Origin: Stegostoma tigrinum
Taxonomy: Eukaryota
DNA length: 64,000 nucleotides
Assembly: GCF_030684315.1 (NCBI RefSeq)
Contig: NC_081396.1
Location: forward strand, 3,844,001 to 3,908,000
Direction of reading: 5' to 3'
The notes below the pieces were generated by a model. It saw nothing but the letters and a program-made list of their open reading frames with translations, did no database searches and was not told the DNA's origin. A program made the position numbers and the translations under genes. Shown here piece after piece: positions 13,851-27,174 of this stretch (the first letter of the stretch is position 1; every line of letters begins with the position of its first letter).

Positions 13851-16800
13851 CTGCTCCAGGGAGTAAAGATTTGTTGTTTGAAGAGCGTTTTTTCTCCTTC
13901 ATTCTTAACACAAGATGTCGTTTTGTTCCATGTTTGTTTGTGCATGTATGATTGTTATTCAGTGTGTAGATATGTCTGTATGTCTATGCCTTTGTCTGTG
14001 GTCACTTGAAGACCATAATTCTTTCTGCAAGCTAATTTCGTTGTCTGAGGCGAAAAGCATGCTCAGGTCGATTTAAAGTGCTCAAGTGCTCAGATTGCTC
14101 CACTTCATGCAATGGAACTTATATGCTTCCTGAAGTCATCGATTCTTAAGAGGCAGTTTCTCCCACCAATAACTCCTTTAATGCTGCAGAATGCCAGTTA
14201 TGAGTTATTTACCTCTGTTTTGGCATCTAAACCTGCTGTCTGGTCATTGTCACGGTTCATGCGAAAGCAACGGAAACGTACCATTTGTCTCCATCACTAA
14301 AGACCTCTCCCACGTACAGTCAATATGCAGGCTGTTTCTATCATTCTTAAGCATTCTTGAAGTGAGACTTTTGGCGCATCTCTCGTGGCCTGGCTTTAGG
14401 AATCTTACCATGAAGAAAGTCAATTTGCCGGGAACATGCTTCCATTCTTTTGATGTATATTCGACACATGAGTTTGAAACAGGAACACTCCATTTGATAG
14501 TGCGGCTGAATTTTCGTGCTATTTAATGCAATTTTCAAATCCCAGCGTTCCAACTGGGAAAGCTTGATACACATTTCCATTAAAACCAATAGCCTCGCGT
14601 GTCCCCATGCAAAATTACAAAATGAAGCAATAAGCCTTTTCACCCATCCTCCAGGACGACAACAATGCCTTGCAGTTGCTTCTAAACAACGTAGGTTTTC
14701 CCGATCTGTCTGGCATGGAATGAAGACACTGATTGTTGTTGTGTTCTTCACATGTGTCCCTGACATCAGTAGGAGAGGTGGACAAAGTGGTAATGATGAC
14801 GTAAGAGACTCTTTCTTTCAGTTTTTTTTTGTTTTGTGTGTGCATGCAGAATTGTGATTATAATAATCCTGTGAACATAAAATGTTGAGGCTTGGGGTTT
14901 ATGTCAGTTAGGAGACGTGAGTAGCATCAATGGAACAATAAAATATCATTAAATGGAAGAGATAGAATACAGTTTGATTTGGCTCACTCACACCTGCTTC
15001 TGTGTGATTGTCGAGGTTGTCCATGGATACAGATACTTCGGGGCAGAATGACTGGACATACTGTGCAGGAATGGAAGTTAATATCAGAAGTGATAAGTGA
15101 TGTTATAATCCCAAAAATCTATTTGATAGATGTTTTAACGAGATCAGTGTTATGATTCATCTGACAATGTCAATCATCACTGTGGAGAATAATATTGAGC
15201 TCCAAGCTGAGGCGAATAATGCCCATTTGTGCTTCACGTTACATTGAGTGAAGATGACAAGCAGAAGGACATCTTGATCTGTGATGGTTCTTCTTTCTTC
15301 TGCAGGACTTGAACACGAGCAGACAGATACAGAGCCTGTGCAGCATTTCTTCATCTCTGAAAAGAAACAAAAAAGAAATCCTGAGGGCAAGTGTCAAACA
15401 ATTTATCGCATAAAAGCTCCCAGTGATAACCACTTAAGTTGTTGCGAGCTTGAGCAATCTCAAGAGCTTCAGATCCAGTTAAATACCACAGGCACTCTGG
15501 AATAGCTGACATTCTCAGTGACGTCCACTCAGAAGACGGTGGGAAAACGTGGTAATGTAAAGTTTAAAAATGCTGACATGTGTCTGGAGTTATCAGCAGT
15601 GCTGGAGATGTGGTATGGAGCGGCAAATGAACTTCACACACAGCTTAGCTCACAACGTGAGAAGAATAGAGACCAGCATGTGTTAATGTAAAGCTGAGGT
15701 GGAGACGAGGTGGGTGTCGGGGAGGATTGTGAATGTGAGTTCTTTACAGAAAATTGCACATTTCACGAAAATTTAATTTAAACAATCTGTCTGAACTATT
15801 GTGTGCTCAAGACAACACAACAGCTCTTTAAAACATAATTGAGCCCATTTGATGTGTAAGTCCGCAAAATTGAATAGAACTGGACATTGTACATTAAATC
15901 ATACAATCATCAGTACGCAAGAAGCCCTTCTGCCCAATGAGACTGCACAATGAAAACGGCACTAATTCTACATTGGCCCCATTTTCAAGGACTAGATTCA
16001 CCTCCTTCAAGGTGATGATATTTCAAGTGGCCATTCTGTAGTTTCCAATGGTTGTGAGCTTCACTGTCTGGTCTAACAATCGTTCTGTGCAGCTCCAAAA
16101 TAACTTCCATGCCCTTTCCATATATGCCTCCACTGAGTAAGGAGAATGCCCGTAAACCCTTCAAATATTCGAGTGATCTAACCTGCCACTTCGGGCAGAT
16201 GTGAAGTGCTGGGATTGGGCCTCGTCCTGATCCCTCTGTCATTCACGAAGAGCGTGTCTGTGTGTCTCCCTCTGTGAGAGAAATGAGGATCACTTTCCTC
16301 AGGGAAAGCTAACACAGATTGACCACCTGAAGTTCCAGTCACATTCATTATGTCGTTCCAGATGAAAGCGTCTCAGTGAAAATATCATTTAGGAGAACAT
16401 TTGAAACATCAGAACATACAGGGCAATGGGACAAGTGCTGAAAACTGTGACTAGAACAGTTGGATGTTTGATGACCGGCAGTAACACGATGATCTGAAGC
16501 CTCTTTTCCAATGTGAGAAAAATGTGTTGAAATGGAGATATGCATGTGGGGCAGAAACTGATCCATGTAGGTTAAGTTGTCAGGATTCTGCTAATTTAAC
16601 AGAAATATACAATTTATGAATGATTTCAGAAACGGGAAACAAGCTGTGGAGACGTCAAAATTATATCTGTCATCCCAAACTTTATACAGGTTAATACAAA
16701 ATAAAGAACTGTGGATGCTGCAAATCTGAAGCAAAAACTGAATTTGCTGGTGAACCTCAGCACGATGGCAGCATCTGTGGACAGAAAACAGAGCTAATAT

Positions 16801-19442
16801 TTCATATCCAGGGCCCCTTCTTCAGTATAAATTTAGTTGTGCAACTCCCCATTAAAATTCTGCAGTGGCAAAAATAAATCAAGTTTATCTATAGATTCAG
16901 CAATTTCCTTTTCATCAAACACTCTCTCAACTCTCTCATCAGATTACGATTTTCAATTTTACCAACTTAAGAGAGGCTCTAATACTCCGGCATTTCACGT
17001 AAGGTCGTGAATTTCTGTGCTCCAATTATTTCTTTCTGTCACTGAACAGGCGTGTCGAATGGAGAATTGGTCTCTCCAGTACCTATCGCACTTCATGTCT
17101 CTCATTGTGCCTCGTGATATCAGTGAATCCACCTCACCCTCCTTTATTCTCTCTGTCTCACTGTCCTTCTCGGTCATGGTCCATTTTTGTTCTTTCAATA
17201 GTCTGAAACTTGAGATTCATCTGTGAGTGGAGCTGTTCAGAGGTTTTTACCCCCTGCCTGGAGTGGGTGAGAATTGGTTTCACTTTCTACATATAACATG
17301 CCTATTACTTCGGTCTGATGTGTGGAGGCATTACTTCCTCAATGGATTGTGAATCTTGTCAATTCTAAATAGAATTTATCACCATCAGGAAAATAATCCA
17401 CAAGTATTGCAAAATTTATTGAAAAATCCTCACTGTTTGTGCAAAATAATGAAGGATGATGGCAGAGAAAGGGGATGGCAAGTTTATATTGTATGCCATT
17501 ACAATTGTATTATTCAGTCACTCTGCATTATATCCTGCCTCATCTCGTATTTATATCAAACTGGCAATGAACAAGAAACAATATGAGCACAGGGTTTGTG
17601 AAACAGAGGTTTAAAAAATCAATCAATTGTTATTGTTCACAAAGTAACAATGGGCATTTGATGGGGGGCATTTCTCGGCAACAAGGATGAGAATAATAAC
17701 AGGTTTAATTCAATCACAGGAAGCACATTTAGTCAATAGATGCTTTGTTCAACGTCACAAAATCTGCTGAACAGGGCATTTGAGAGAAGCTTGCACAAAT
17801 ATTCTTTAATTTAAGGTATGGATACTGTTGAGTGCTTGAACCCAGGGTTTCCTGTTTCTGCAGCAAAGGCCTGAATCAACCACGTCAGAATGCCATTGGT
17901 CTGGGTCGAGCCATTTGCCCTTTTCCCTCACCACTCGTTCACAGTATCGTCATGTATTTTTTGTTTTGCGTCCATCTTACTCAGCAAGATTTTCAAAACT
18001 CTTGCTTTTGTGGACAGCTGCCAAATGATTATTCCACACTGAAAATGCGCAAAAGAAAACAATTATTTTTGTAATTTTCATAAAACGGACATTTTCATCT
18101 CCACCCAACGGTTTGAAGGGGACTTCTTCATTCTGTTGAGGACCATTTAACTGTGCTCCTAAGCTAAATATGACCTCACAACAAAAACGAGGCCATTGCG
18201 TTGAATTGACCAAGAGTGACACATGAGCCAGTATCTAAAGTGTGCAGCAAATTCAGACCAGCCAGCACCAACATTGAGCCTTGCTGCGCCAGACCCATGC
18301 TCACTTCCTGCTCCATGCCTCCCAGTCATCATTGCCTTTCACTTTTATTTCACTTCCTCACTTCGACTCTTAACTTCGTGCAACGACAAGTCTCTGATTG
18401 GAAACTGCAACTTCTGAAAATTAGTTCCTGCGTTATGGAAGCTGCTCACTGGGATTCGATATATTGCTTTTCCCGAATTACCCTAGATATGGAGATGGTG
18501 AGTGGCTCTCTTGAACACTTGAAATCCTTGTTCTGTAGGTATGATGTTGATACTCCTAAGGTCGGAGTTTCAGGATTTTGACTCATTGGCACTTAAGGTG
18601 ACTGGCTTCAAGGGCTTTGGTGGATGATGTTGTCCTGTACATCCACTGTCGTTGTCCTTCGCGATGGAAGTAATCTCTCATTTGACTGAATCCTACAGAT
18701 ACAGGATGGCTGTTCTGTTTGTAATGAAAAATCCATTTCTGTCTCGATAATTCACAGACAATTTTCATTTCTTGACTTGGGGTTGTGTCCAGACATGGGT
18801 GATGTAAATTCAGAATCTGAATCAGTAACAACAACGATACCGAAACTGACCCTTGCGAACTTACTTTGACACACTCTTGTGCATATTCATCCTGTCAAAG
18901 CCAACATCACCAGTTTCTATACTTTGAAATGGTTCGTATCATCACCCTGTGTTTCAGTGTGAAGAATGAGGAGCTGTGATAATCTGATGTTCAGGAAATG
19001 TACTGTTGGAATGTGCAAAACAAGCCGACGGTAACAGTACTGAGCTACAGTGAAGGGTGCCTCTAACAAAGGCATCATTCAACTCGTCTGATTCCAGATC
19101 CCAGTCGAGAAAGGACAAAACGTTTGTCGCTGAATTTGTTTGGGGCCTTGACTCGAAAAAAAAAACCATAACTCAGGCTGTGAAAATAGATTCACTGGAA
19201 TAGGTTATGAAATATCTAAGTGACTTTAAATAAAATGATGGGAAGCTCCAGTAGAGAGAGATGACACTGAAGTGGCCAACTGAGGTCAAACGTGTTTCAT
19301 TTGCAAATGAAATTCAACACTTCACAAAACGGGGATCATTAAAATGCAGCAGTGACCAGTATTATGTTTACTGCTTTCTGACCTTGTGAATGTTCTCTTC
19401 CCCGTTCACACCACAAATCTGCAGCACATTTAAGCTGGAGGT

Positions 19443-19519
19443 GCACCAGGTACTAATGCAATCAATGATGCCGCTGACTGCAAGCCAGCAGATTGTTGGC
19501 TCAAATCCCACATGGTTCA
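19443..19519 (+). pseudogene. Degenerate tRNA-like sequence (Arg-like body, anticodon loop now reads GCA)
   Basis: Partial acceptor stem gcacca/tggttc; anticodon arm gctga-ctgcaag-ccagc; T-arm gttgg-ctcaaat-cccac. Several mismatches. Confidence 0.4.
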
Positions 19520-20199
19520 AGTTTTCTCCACTTTTGAGCGAAGTTTTCTGATTCCCATGAAGCTGGGTATTCTTGACGCCTCAGTGCAGTCAATGCCCCT
19601 GAGACTATGATCATCAACGTCTCAGAATCCTCAGAGAAAGTGAAGTTGAAATAATCAAGCAAACTGCTTGTGGTCAGCTCTCAGGTTCCCAAACCCAATG
19701 TGCAAATCACTCCAGATCCAGGAAGTGGAAAGACTCAGTGACTAGTTTTGTGAATCTCATTTAGAGTTGGAATCAGTCGAGAACGAAGGCTGAACGTCCC
19801 TGCGGGAGCAGTGACAGTCAGGACAACTTCCCTCATTGAAGGGGCTCAGTCCTTTCCACTGATACACTCGGGGATATTAACAGATCAGAGGAATTGAGAA
19901 GATTGTTGGTACAGATTTACGGATTTTTCTGTTGTCATTGTGAGGAACAGTAAAACTTGATCCCCAACTGTCTATCAAATCAGGCCATACGGGTGATTGC
20001 GCCATAAGTAAATGACGAGACTCCCGGGGCGAATGGAAAGCACACTTACATCTTTCCTATTGACAGAGAATTATTTTATTTTTATTGAACCGGAGTTAAG
20101 ATTGTCCTCCAGAATGGTCGACACAGCTAGTTTGTAAAAGCACAGAAAGAGGTCTTTCTGACCACCGTGTCAACTTCAGTCTTCAAACATCTGTCTGCT

Positions 20200-20558
20200 G
20201 GGGATGCAATGGGCCAGTCGTATTATCTCTGGACTGTCAATCCGGAGGCCCAGATGATGCTCTGGGGACCTGGATCGCAATCACACCACAGCAGATGGTA
20301 GAATTTTAATTCAATAAATATCTGGAATATGAGTCTTGTGATGACCGTGAATCCAGTGCCGATTATTGGGGGGAAATCAGTCTGGCCTCAGTCATGTCAT
20401 TTCGAGAAGGAAATTACGACCCTTGCCTGGTCTGGCCTCCATGTGCCCCCAGATAAACAGCAATGCAGTTAACTCATAACTGCCATCTGGTTCAATAAGG
20501 ATGGGCAATAAATGCTGTCCAAGCCAGCGTCACCCTCATTACATGAATGAATAAAAGA
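20200..20558 (+). mobile_element. tRNA-derived Deu-domain SINE (SacSINE1-like)
   Basis: Core ccttgcctggtctggcctccatgtg..cagcaatgcagttaactcataactgcc, then gggcaataaatgctg and tail catgaatgaataaa. Confidence 0.7.
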
Positions 20559-22129
20559 TCTGTTGCAATGCCTTGTTTCAGAACTTGGCCCGCAGCCTGA
20601 CGTCTCAAGGGATTATCTCGATGACATATTCCCTGCGAAGTTGTAATCATAAACGACTCAACAAATGGAGGTAAAGTTGAAACTGCTAAGCATTTTCACG
20701 CCCCTTCTGGGAACAGAACCTCATTTTCCACAAAAACGGAATTGCACAGACATCCCCCAAGAGTGACAGATGTCAGCACAAAACATTTCTCAGACTGCAA
20801 GGGCTTTAGTTCTCTTTTTTTCCCCCATCAAACCAGAGACTGTTTGAAGTAAAGGAAGGGAGAATTCGGTTGATTCCCTTTTCCTGTTACACACACATAG
20901 ATTCCCATCATTCATCGGGAAAAATCTGCTTCACGTCGTTCCCCCTGTCGAACCGGAACATTACTCTGATGAGCTGAATCGTATACTTATATTTGTGGCA
21001 GGGGAAGCCCGATGTAGAATTTGAGACACAAACAACTCAGCCACAGCCTGTGGAGAAAATGACATGATGGTGTTCTTGCTGATTCAACAAATGCAATTTC
21101 AAACAACGTTGAAAATGCACTTTTCATAGTCTGCTGCAGTAAGTGTGTGAAAATTCGTCGAAAACCCAGTAAGAATTAAAATTGAGATTCGTATTTTAGA
21201 AGACGCTGAATAAAGAATCCATCTTCCCCGGGACACAAAACCTGGCAACACGAGGCTTCTTCTCAGCAATTGGAACAAGGTAACCTCCAACTTCTTTGAT
21301 GCAGGATGGCAGCAGAGCACATGTGCATTAGCCTCGTGCCAGGGGAAACATCTTGTGAATCTCGTTCTTTTGGACTTAAAGGGACCTAGATTGTAAATTG
21401 CTTTTACAGGGGTGACGAAGGGAACCTTTAGACACAGTTTGAATAAGACAAATGTTTATCTCTTCCGAATTTTTATCCTGAACTAACGAATTTATTTTTT
21501 AGGATATTTAAAGAGGATTTGCTTTTTGGAAACTCAAACCAAACAATACATCAAGATCTGACAGTGTCACAAATCATTATTCAATCAACATTGGATATTG
21601 TTGGCCTTTGAAAGTAAGTTTTGAAGAATTGAAAAAAGCAACACATGGTTCCTTTCTTATATCCACCATTCGCCCAATAGCTTAAATCTATGTCTATTGA
21701 ATATCAGCTCATGTTAACAGCTGCTGTTTATCTGCCTAATCTAATCTAGGAGTTGCTAGTATTCACATCCACCTGCTCCACTTTTCCTTCTTTTTGGTGG
21801 AGACTGAAAGTTTGGAGGATTCTGAAAAGGTTCTGGTGAACTTTTAGGTGTCTAGAATCTCTCTTGTTCAGTCCCTGCCTTCGGCTCTCTGTCTTCACAT
21901 CGAAGCCAGAGTCTTGTAATTAATTCCCCCTCCCACTCTTTTTCTTTTATTCTTCTTTTTTGTTTGACTTTGATTTCACAGAATATTAGAAGGGGAAGAT
22001 TTACAAACTAACCGTGACAAATTAGTCTGATGGAGTCACACAAGTTATCACAAACAACATGTCATTAGATTTTTAACATGGAAGGAAAATACCAGAATCA
22101 CAGTGGAGAGAAAGTACATGTGTTGTGTT

Positions 22130-22230
22130 CGGAGAAGGCCTTACAGCGTAACTGCGTCATTGAATTCCGAGCTGAGGCAGGGAAATGAACTCCTCTCCAC
22201 AATCCCCACATCTCCATAGTTTCTGTCCAG
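22130..22230 (-). pseudogene. Inverted single C2H2 zinc-finger fragment
   Basis: Minus-strand translation QKLWRCGDCGEEFISLPQLGIQ*RS; it is an inverted copy of the first finger at 22256-22325. Confidence 0.7.
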
Positions 22231-22255
22231 CTAAACCCTATTTGTTGGCAGTCAA

Positions 22256-23020
22256 ACTGGGCGGAAAATGCAGAAATATTTGGATTGCGGAGAGGAATTC
22301 ATTTCCCTGTCTCAGCTGGGAATTAATTCACACTGAATTACCAGGAACAGTTCATTAAGCTACTCAGTGTGTGGGGAAGGATTCCTTCAGTCATCTGCAT
22401 TCCTGAAACACCATTTCAAAGTTTGGACTGCGGGAAATGTCGTAAAAAGTCAATTGGACAGCACTGCTATCAAGGCTTTTCAAATGTTCAGACTTGACAA
22501 ACCTTCAACTCGCTCACATTAATGGGAGACATTTTAAATGTCCAGAATGTGGAAATGTCATAAAACGTCTGGGGTCCTGACGAACAGTCAACATACATAC
22601 ATGGAGGAGAGACCGATCAAATGCCCAAACTGTGATGGAAGCGATTTTTTCATAGGGACTTGATGTCCAATCAACATGCTCACATTGATGAGTGACAATT
22701 TAAATGTCCAAACTGTGAAAACTGCTGCAAAAAACACCTCGAACCTGAGGTCCCACCATTTTTTTTTTCATACTGAGGAGAGATCTTTATGATTGTCTCT
22801 CTGTGGAACTAATTACAGGGGATTATCTCAACTCTCAGTACACCTGTGAGTTACACTGGGTAGAAACCATTAATCTAATCTGTGCGAGTTAGCCCATTCA
22901 ACCACTGTATTGACACGGAAGTGAGACCACACGGAGGGCAGATGTTTAACTGCTCTGTATGAGGTAAGTGCTTCACTAACTGAACTACCCAGCTGAGAGA
23001 GAACATAGCTCACATTATCT
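22256..23020 (+). pseudogene. Tandem C2H2 zinc-finger pseudogene
   Basis: Repeated decayed units with stops and frameshifts: DCGEEFISLSQL, SVCGEGF, FKCPECG, EERPIKCPNC, FKCPNCE, FNCSV. Confidence 0.8.
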
Positions 23021-24079
23021 CAAAAACGATTAGACTTTGGTGCGAATCACACATCGGTCTGAAAGCAGGGATTGAATAATCTGCATAAAATCAAACGAAT
23101 CAGCTGGGCGTTACAGTTACTTCGGCAGGTCATTTTAATGTTACACATACAATGCGTTCTTTTCAAAATGCTCTCCCTCTCCGTGGAAGAGAAATCTTTA
23201 TAGACCCAGATAAATGCAGAGCTACCCTCACATTGGAGAGAGTTTGAGAGGGAGGGAGAGAGAGAGAGAGAGAGGTGGGGGTTTTACTGGTGGCGACTTC
23301 AACTTCAGAGTGATAACTTCCATGATACACATCTCTAGTCCCTCGACACAAATGCTGCTAAACTGCTGAGGATACCCCGTGTTTCTTTTATCGCTAAAAG
23401 TTCCATCGCTTCTCGTTCTGTCCATGCCTCCAATAAATCCATCATCAACGCTCCTCAAAAATAATGACCCCTTTTGTGATCATTTTACAAACCACTCCGC
23501 GAGTGCCTTCATCCACTGAAGTCTCATTTCATCAGGCCAAACGCTCGGGAGATAAAAATCTAAAGGTTACCAGATACTGTCAGCAGTACCTATACCCCTC
23601 CCGTAATGTCCGCCCACACCCCAACCACCAGCCTCTGATGAAGCAGCTCTCCTCCATGTTGAATAGCATTTCCAGGAGCCAATCAGGATGACAAGGGTTT
23701 AGATTATATTCTGGGTGCAGAAGTTCAATGCCCACTGCAGCGCGTGGCCGACTGGCAGCACTTATACCCAAGCTTGGCAAGTCATCAAGAACATTGCTGC
23801 TAGACTGGATCTGCAACTTTTTAGAGGAAATCAACACATGATCGGAACAGGATGTTGTACATGTTCAAGAGTAGTCCCCTTGTGTGGGCAGCACGTGTCA
23901 TGACCAAAATGCCTTTGAGGCAAGTCGCGGCAACCTTAGAGGTGTTGCTCTCATCTGCAGAGCAGTCCCAAAACCTTTTGAATCTGGGAACGTTTCCATG
24001 AAGGCCGCAAGCCTCCTGAACATTGTTGAGGACATGTGTTCCTTGAGTAAAAAAAAACCCAAATGAACTGCGTACTCTA

Positions 24080-24900
24080 AATCAGGAATAAAATAAATAC
24101 AAAGTTGCTGGAACGGCTCAGCAGGTCTGGCCGCATTCAAGGAGGACAAAAAAAGTTAACATTTCGGGTCCGGTGACCCTTCATTAGAGCTGATAGTAGC
24201 TGGGAAAACACCAGTTTACATGAAGTAAATAGGGAGATGGGTCGGGTAAAAAACAAAGAATAGGATAGAAACAAAANNNNNNNNNNNNNNNNNNNNNNNN
24301 NNNNNNNNNNNNNNNNNNNNNNNNNNNNNNNNNNNNNNNNNNNNNNNNNNNNNNNNNNNNNNNNNNNNNNNNNNNNNNNNNNNNNNNNNNNNNNNNNNNN
24401 NNNNNNNNNNNNNNNNNNNNNNNNNAAGGAGTTTGTCACGATCAGGCTGGGAGAGTGAATAGTTGTTCATGTGTACTGTTCGTTACTCACAACAGCGGGT
24501 GTGTCGCGGCAGGCGATGTGGTAACGAGTTCTGGTGTGTGGGGTGGTGTGTGGCTTGGATACAGGAGAATACATAATCTAAAATTATTGAACTCAACATT
24601 TTTGAGGCCGGAGGGCTGTATGGTCCCCAAGAGGACAATGAGGTGTGGTTCCTCCAGCTTGAGCTGGGATTCACTGGTACACTGTAGCAAGCCAGAGACA
24701 GAAAAGTTGGGAGCAAGGTGGTGCATTGAGGTGGCAGGCAACAGCTAGTTCAGGGTCTGTTTTGCAAGCAGAATGTAGATGTTCTGTGAAGTGGTCGTCA
24801 AGTCTCTGCTTGATTTTCCCAACGTAGAGGAGACCACATTGTGAGCAACGAATACAGTAGGCTAGATTCTTGGAACTGCAGGTAAAGTGTTGCATCACCT
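24080..24900 (-). mobile_element. Penelope-like element 3' part with GIY-YIG endonuclease (spans the gap)
   Basis: FTCSSKNLAYCIRCSQCGLLYVGKIKQRLDDHFTEH..VACHLN and KLEEPHLIVLLGTIQPSGL; decayed hammerhead-like terminus at about 24160-24190. Confidence 0.85.
24277..24425. other. Assembly gap (N run)
   Basis: About 149 N bases, flanked by Penelope-like sequence on both sides. Confidence 0.99.
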
Positions 24901-25643
24901 AAAAGTTATGTTTCATCCTTCGCTGGCTTTCACAACCCACCGTAATGTGGCCATCTCATACTAGAAGCTGGATACCAGATATTGCGCCAAGAAAATTGCA
25001 TTGCCGGTCTTAGCATTGGCCAGTGCTCTGAGCTGTGTCAAGAACGCCCTTTGCTATTTCAGTTATCAGTCAATATACAGCCTATTCGGGTACCCTAGCT
25101 CTGAAATATCATGCCCACTTTCCACAAATCACCTGCCCTGTGTTCAATGCTGTGAGTATCAGATACATCTATTTGGCTAGGAGGCTGTGGGGAACTGAAA
25201 ATGGTGAAGATCCTGAATTTATGAACCGCGAGAAGTCCGTAGCCCTGACGTTCGTTATCTAACTCAGCTTCCTCCTCCAGTGGACAACCTATTTTCGTCA
25301 TTTGCTTTATCGATTGATTTCACATAAGGGTTACATCAGCAGCCTGAACTTCAAAGACCCGCAGTACATCCCTCAAGATATATCCAACAACCACCATATA
25401 ATCTGAAACAATATCATTAACTATACTGTTGCCCTGAACAAGGAAGAAGAGGATCTGAAAAAAATGCTGATGTGTCCTTTCACTGCTCCAACTGAATGAT
25501 TGAAATGGCAAAATAAGACACACCAAAACACCGTTCTGTTGGCTTTTGATAACAATGTGGCTGAGAATATAAGACACTAATTTTGAATTTTTTTAAGTAG
25601 TAAACTTAAACTGTGAAGAAAAAAAAACTAAAAACTGAAGGGG

Positions 25644-25869
25644 TATCACGGTGTGAAGCTGGATGAACACAGCAGGCCGAGCAGCATCAGAGGAGCAGGA
25701 AAGATTGCCGTTGCGGGTCGGTACACTTCTTCAGAAAACCTTCTGCGAAAGGTCCCGATCTGAAACGTGGAGTTTTCTTGCTCTACTGATGCTGCTTGGC
25801 CTGCAGTGTTCATCCAGCTTCACACCGTGTTATCTCAGATTTTCCAGAATCAGCAGTTCCTACTATCTC
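25644..25869. mobile_element. Short palindromic PLE-derived element
   Basis: cacggtgtgaagctggatgaacac ... gtgttcatccagcttcacaccgtg; imperfect flanking repeat aaaaactga. Confidence 0.75.
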
Positions 25870-26269
25870 GAAAAAAACTGAGGAGAGTTTATTCCCTTCA
25901 CAAAGTGCTAAAAAGAATTACGCATGCTCAGAGTTGATGCCTCACTTGGTAGAATTGTTACGGACCCTCTTAATGGAAAATGAAATACACCCCGTCGTCA
26001 TTTCATGAAATAAAAAGCAAGACAGTTATCTCCACAGTCCTGAGCCAATATTTATCTTTGTTTGGTAAGCGGGAATAGGGTACTAAGCATGATAATCATT
26101 CATTATCGTAACGAATGGCGGAGCTGACTGGAATACACATATGCTGTTCTTTCTCTTCTTGTGTGTATGTTTCGATGTTAACAGAGAACAGTGAAATCTC
26201 TTTTCTGCTTGTTTTTGTGATCACCGTTCGGGAGTAGTGAAATATTCCTCTGTACACAGTTGGTGACAT

Positions 26270-26793
26270 GTTCCTTGTATTACAATAATAAAGTGTATAA
26301 TTTCGTTCTTTCGTTCGTTCTCTCTTTCTTTCTTTCTTGCTTTCTTTCTTTTTTACCTTCTTTCTTTCCCCCTTTCCTTACTTCTTTATTTCGTATCTTC
26401 TTTCTTTCCTTCTTTTCATTCCAATTGCGAAATGATGAAATTGCTGAATTTTACCGATGTTGTGAGCTCACCAGAGAAACAGATATTCGAAGATTCACCT
26501 TTTAGCTCACCATCGTTCAAGTATTTAAACAATACAACATCGGGCTGTGAGTTTTGTTGTTGGTACCACAGGAAGTAGCAGCTGCTCCATGTCATGTCGC
26601 ACGTACAGTATAAAGATAACATTAATGCTGCATTAAAATCTGAAGAAAGCAGCTGATTTGGAAACATACAGTAATGTAAATATCAGATGGATTTGTGTTC
26701 AAAACTTAAATGAATACATTGCTCAGGTTGATATGTGATATCTTTATAATTACCTGTGAGAAAAGCTGAATACTGTTGAATTTCATCCTCCAT
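26270..26793 (-). pseudogene. TCR alpha/delta-type V pseudogene (leader exon, 114-bp intron, V exon with FR1 deletion and a microsatellite in FR3)
   Basis: Leader ends TTT CTC ACA G|GTAATT (exon end 26754); acceptor ctttcttcag| (exon start 26639). Translation: SLYCTCDMTWSSCYFLWYQQQNSQPDVVLFKYLNDGELKG..FSGELTTSVKFSNFIISQLE. After the microsatellite it resumes as NYTLYYC (YYC at 26290-26282), three substitutions from DSALYYC. No correctly spaced RSS. Confidence 0.8.
26301..26416. repeat. Degenerate (TTTC)n microsatellite
   Basis: tttctttctt... tract lying inside the V exon. Confidence 0.9.
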
Positions 26794-27174
26794 CTCCGAT
26801 TTGTGAAAGGTGGAGATAGAAATGATACAAAGGTCATTCCGTTCCTCAAACTCAAAAACCTGCTGTTGCGCGTCAGCTTGCTCACACTCCTTGTTTGCAC
26901 AGTGGCACTGTGAGGCCAGTCGGCGTTCAGCAGACTGTTACTGAATGGAAACATCTTGAAACAGATGAGAGACAGTGTTCCCATAGCGGAAAGGATACTG
27001 GAAATGAAGCATTAACCCCGACTTCCCTTCACAAATGTTATAAGATCTGCTGAGATTTTTCAACAAAATCTGCTTTTGTTCCTTACAGACAGAATGCTTC
27101 CACTCTTGGAAATATCGGGAATGATCCTGAAGCCGTTATTATTTTATGTCTCGAAACGTAAGCTGATCAATAGG

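Noticed and set aside
14720-14770. MKTLIVVVFFTCVP as an Ig leader
   Set aside because: No splice donor or V exon follows.
15146-15200. Minus-strand YYS followed by CACAGTG as a V end with RSS
   Set aside because: The nonamer is poor, the heptamer is too close to the YY codons, and there is no V framework upstream.
20983-21010. U1 snRNA-like start (atactta..tggcagggga)
   Set aside because: The similarity is short, gapped and does not continue.
26416-26793. V segment as a NAR-TCR supporting V-delta (extra Cys in CDR1)
   Set aside because: It has a leader-type exon with a short intron and no upstream NAR V-D-J; Tyr-to-Cys changes are simple transitions that are also seen in the other pseudogene.
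26898-26912. CACAGTG-G-CACTGTG double heptamer as a germline signal joint or D segment
   Set aside because: The heptamers are in the wrong order for a signal joint or D segment, and no nonamer lies at 12 or 23 bp on either side.
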